This document shows positions 63,761 to 64,000 of a stretch of 64,000 bases of DNA, in pieces. The stretch is from positions 5,365 to 69,364 of IMG/VR virus record IMGVR_UViG_2675903691_000001. The stretch is one strand, 5' to 3'. The notes below the pieces were generated by a model. It made no database searches, was not told the origin of the DNA, and saw only the letters and a list, made by a program, of their open reading frames with translations. The first letter of the stretch is position 1; each line of letters begins with the position of its first letter. The position numbers and the translations under genes are program-made. The DNA is from a virus. Taxonomy: Duplodnaviria; Caudoviricetes.

Positions 63761-64000
63761 ATGTCTGCCGACCTCGCTGAATTCACGAGTGACCAACTCA
63801 TCGAGGAACTCATCAACCGAGAGGGTTTCATTGGAATCGTCATCTTCCACAGGGCTCAGTTTCGCAATGTCACGCAACGCCCGCTGGCCTTTGATTCCAA
63901 TGAGGTCGTGCTGACTAAATCTCCGCCATTGACCCGCGAGGGAGTCGAAGCGTTGCTTGCGACAGGACAGGAGCTTCTCCAATCAATGTTCGGCGGATGA
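63761..64000 (+). CDS. Hypothetical protein
   Basis: 79 aa with natural composition (LAEFTSDQLIEEL). Confidence 0.55.
   Translation: MSADLAEFTSDQLIEELINREGFIGIVIFHRAQFRNVTQRPLAFDSNEVVLTKSPPLTREGVEALLATGQELLQSMFGG

Larger units (their letters stand above)
1..64000. mobile_element. Tailed phage/prophage genome segment, probably infecting Planctomycetota
   Basis: Portal, TerL, capsid, scaffold, tail tube, fibres, lysis-like cassette, RuvC, YqaJ, MTases; no host core genes; both ends fall inside phage sequence. Confidence 0.95.

Noticed and set aside
63746-63982. Minus-strand 78-aa ORF
   Set aside because: Overlaps a more protein-like plus-strand ORF (63761-64000).
1-64000. Diversity-generating retroelement or retron
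   Set aside because: No reverse transcriptase motif and no TR/VR repeat pair seen.

Overview
The whole window is one GC-rich tailed-phage (Caudoviricetes) genome segment with no host housekeeping genes. The host is most likely a planctomycete, inferred from a DUF1580-like HTH, CsrA paralogues, the tail-tube type and a papain-protease lysis cassette. Layout: 1-31023 (-) is virion morphogenesis (ejection-like proteins, Cys-rich tail tip, tail tube, adaptor, fibre/tailspike, portal, intein-split TerL, glycosyltransferase-methyltransferase, capsid, scaffold). 31162-33628 (+) is a small regulatory/serine-recombinase block. 33565-36596 (-) is a putative lysis cassette. 36947-42408 holds small early genes on both strands. 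42478-63421 (-) is the replication/recombination/accessory arm (RuvC, HD alarmone hydrolase, two DNA methyltransferases, replication initiator, ABC-ATPase, YqaJ, two CsrA). The most unusual content is non-coding. (i) A 244-nt RNA with a complete Leu-type tRNA frame whose anticodon loop is replaced by about 150 nt containing a second tRNA-like D/anticodon arm. (ii) A non-canonical CAU cloverleaf followed by a CCA-ending four-way-junction RNA. (iii) AGUA/GAA loop-E motifs in three of these intergenic RNAs. (iv) Promoter- and terminator-bounded hairpin RNAs. (v) A GCA-N4-TGC motif in most late-region gaps. A cytosine methyltransferase is frameshifted at a G11 tract. All product calls come from motif recognition by eye; no searches were run.
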